A program made the position numbers and the translations under genes. From Podarcis vaucheri (lineage: Eukaryota), in NCBI GenBank assembly GCA_965113315.1, contig OZ220365.1: a stretch of DNA of 64,000 nt; one strand, 5' to 3'. Below, one piece after another: positions 62,953 to 64,000 of this stretch; within the stretch, counting starts at the first letter, position 1, and every line of letters starts with the position of its first letter. Below the pieces are notes generated by a model that was not told the origin of the DNA, searched no databases, and was given only the letters and a program-made list of their open reading frames with translations.

Positions 62953-63938
62953 CTGGGGGTGGGGGGAAGCATATTAGTTTACATTATGCAGTAGATAAAG
63001 GAGAATGAACAATTATTTTACTTCAGGTGCTGACTCCTAAATATATATTTTTAAAGAAATGTACCCATGGGAGGGAAGTTTGGGTTACAGCCACAGTGCT
63101 GGAGAGAGAGTGTGAATCCCCTCATTAAAAAACAAAAACAGAACATGGTGTTATCTCCAGTCATGGATCTCTTGATAACCTATCTATTTTGGCCCAAAGA
63201 GGCAGGAGCAATCCTTAGAAGACAGAGAAAGAAGAATGAAGCAAGGTTAAAGGTGGGGAAAGGCCAGAAGAAAAAATAAGTCAAAGTAGCAGATAGAGGA
63301 AACACAACGCAGGATTGAAGAGATAAACAGCACATGACCTAAAAGGGACTGGAGATAGAAAGCTGAGGAGGGGGGCAGGTAAGCAAACTGGGCCAAACAT
63401 CTTCCATTTTTATATCAAACAACTGTAGCAAAGTAAAAATAATCTTTATTTATTTAAATTATTTTAATGTAACTCTGATTTTTAATGCTACTGTTTAACC
63501 ATATATGCCACCCAGAGACTATGCTTATAGGATGGCTTTTAAATTAAATGCAAATATGTAAATAAATGTATGCAGTGTGTAGAATGCATACTCTTTTGCA
63601 CAACATGGACATAAGGCCATGCACTGTGAAGCTGTTTGCACTAGCAGCCAATACATTTAATCCTAAGCATCCTTTGCAGGTAAGTACAGCAAGGTCTATA
63701 AATGGGTTCTAATACAGGAAACCTAGTTTAAAATCTGAAAGATGTTAATGAGCAATTAAGCCGACCAACTAGTGAAACAGTTTGTAAACTATGACTCTAT
63801 GCTAATGCCTGTCAGTACGTGGGCTTCAGTTATATACTATGTTTATTTGACTTTATTTATGCTTCCCTTTTTGTGTATAGTCTCAAAACAAAACAGAACA
63901 CCATTTGTGTGAGAGGAAGTCTATGCACACAAACTTAC

Positions 63939-64000
63939 CTGATTTTTAAAGACGAGTTGAACAGGAATGCAGAGATCATCACTAATTACTTCACCATCAT
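63939..64000 (-). CDS. CD109: CD109 exon (partial, ~exon 14): DGEVISDDLCIPVQLVFKNQ
   Basis: Open frame ending in CAG|GTAAGT donor; peptide resembles CD109 DGEIISDVLKIPVQLVFKNK. Confidence 0.9.

Larger units (their letters stand above)
24641..64000 (-). other. CD109: CD109 gene locus, 3' part (20 coding exons, probably equivalent to human exons 14-33); 5' part extends beyond the window
   Basis: Hand-spliced exons form one open frame (2714 nt including stop) collinear with remembered CD109 sequence: [62 protein letters not shown] and a hydrophobic C-terminal tail. Exon numbering is inferred by counting back from the last exon. Confidence 0.96.

Noticed and set aside
1-64000. CRISPR arrays, rRNA, operons or other prokaryote-type systems
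   Set aside because: Sequence is intron-containing vertebrate DNA; no regularly spaced repeat-spacer array or rRNA similarity was seen.

Overview
Vertebrate genomic DNA from a squamate reptile, probably a lacertid lizard (inferred from the Sauria/Squam1- and Squam2-type SINEs). The right ~40 kb carry the 3' part of CD109 on the minus strand: 20 coding exons (24641-64000) that I spliced by hand. All have GT-AG junctions and compatible phases, giving 903 uninterrupted codons plus a stop. They include the GCGEQ thioester motif, the catalytic His (PGRVLHTELQGG), the RRRR furin site and a GPI-type C-terminus; the 5' part of the gene lies beyond the window. The intron directly after the thioester exon holds an apparently intact 6.7-kb L1 retrotransposon, antisense to the gene, with ORF1 (353 aa), ORF2 (1252 aa), an A22 tail and a perfect 20-bp TSD. 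The left ~24 kb are 3' UTR/intergenic DNA with no protein-coding gene. Across the window are SINEs, hAT, Tc1/mariner and Harbinger-like MITEs, and decayed L1, CR1, L2 and Penelope fragments. I found no wholly new gene system. The best leads are: the young L1 with a 1.5-kb 5' UTR containing ETS/YY1 sites, a uORF and splice signals; a hAT MITE carrying an apparently captured CpG-island-like core bounded by a 16-bp direct repeat; two near-perfect TE-derived hairpins in CD109 introns; and C-rich splice acceptors near the bait-region exons. Comparisons with human CD109 and repeat family names are from memory, not from database searches.
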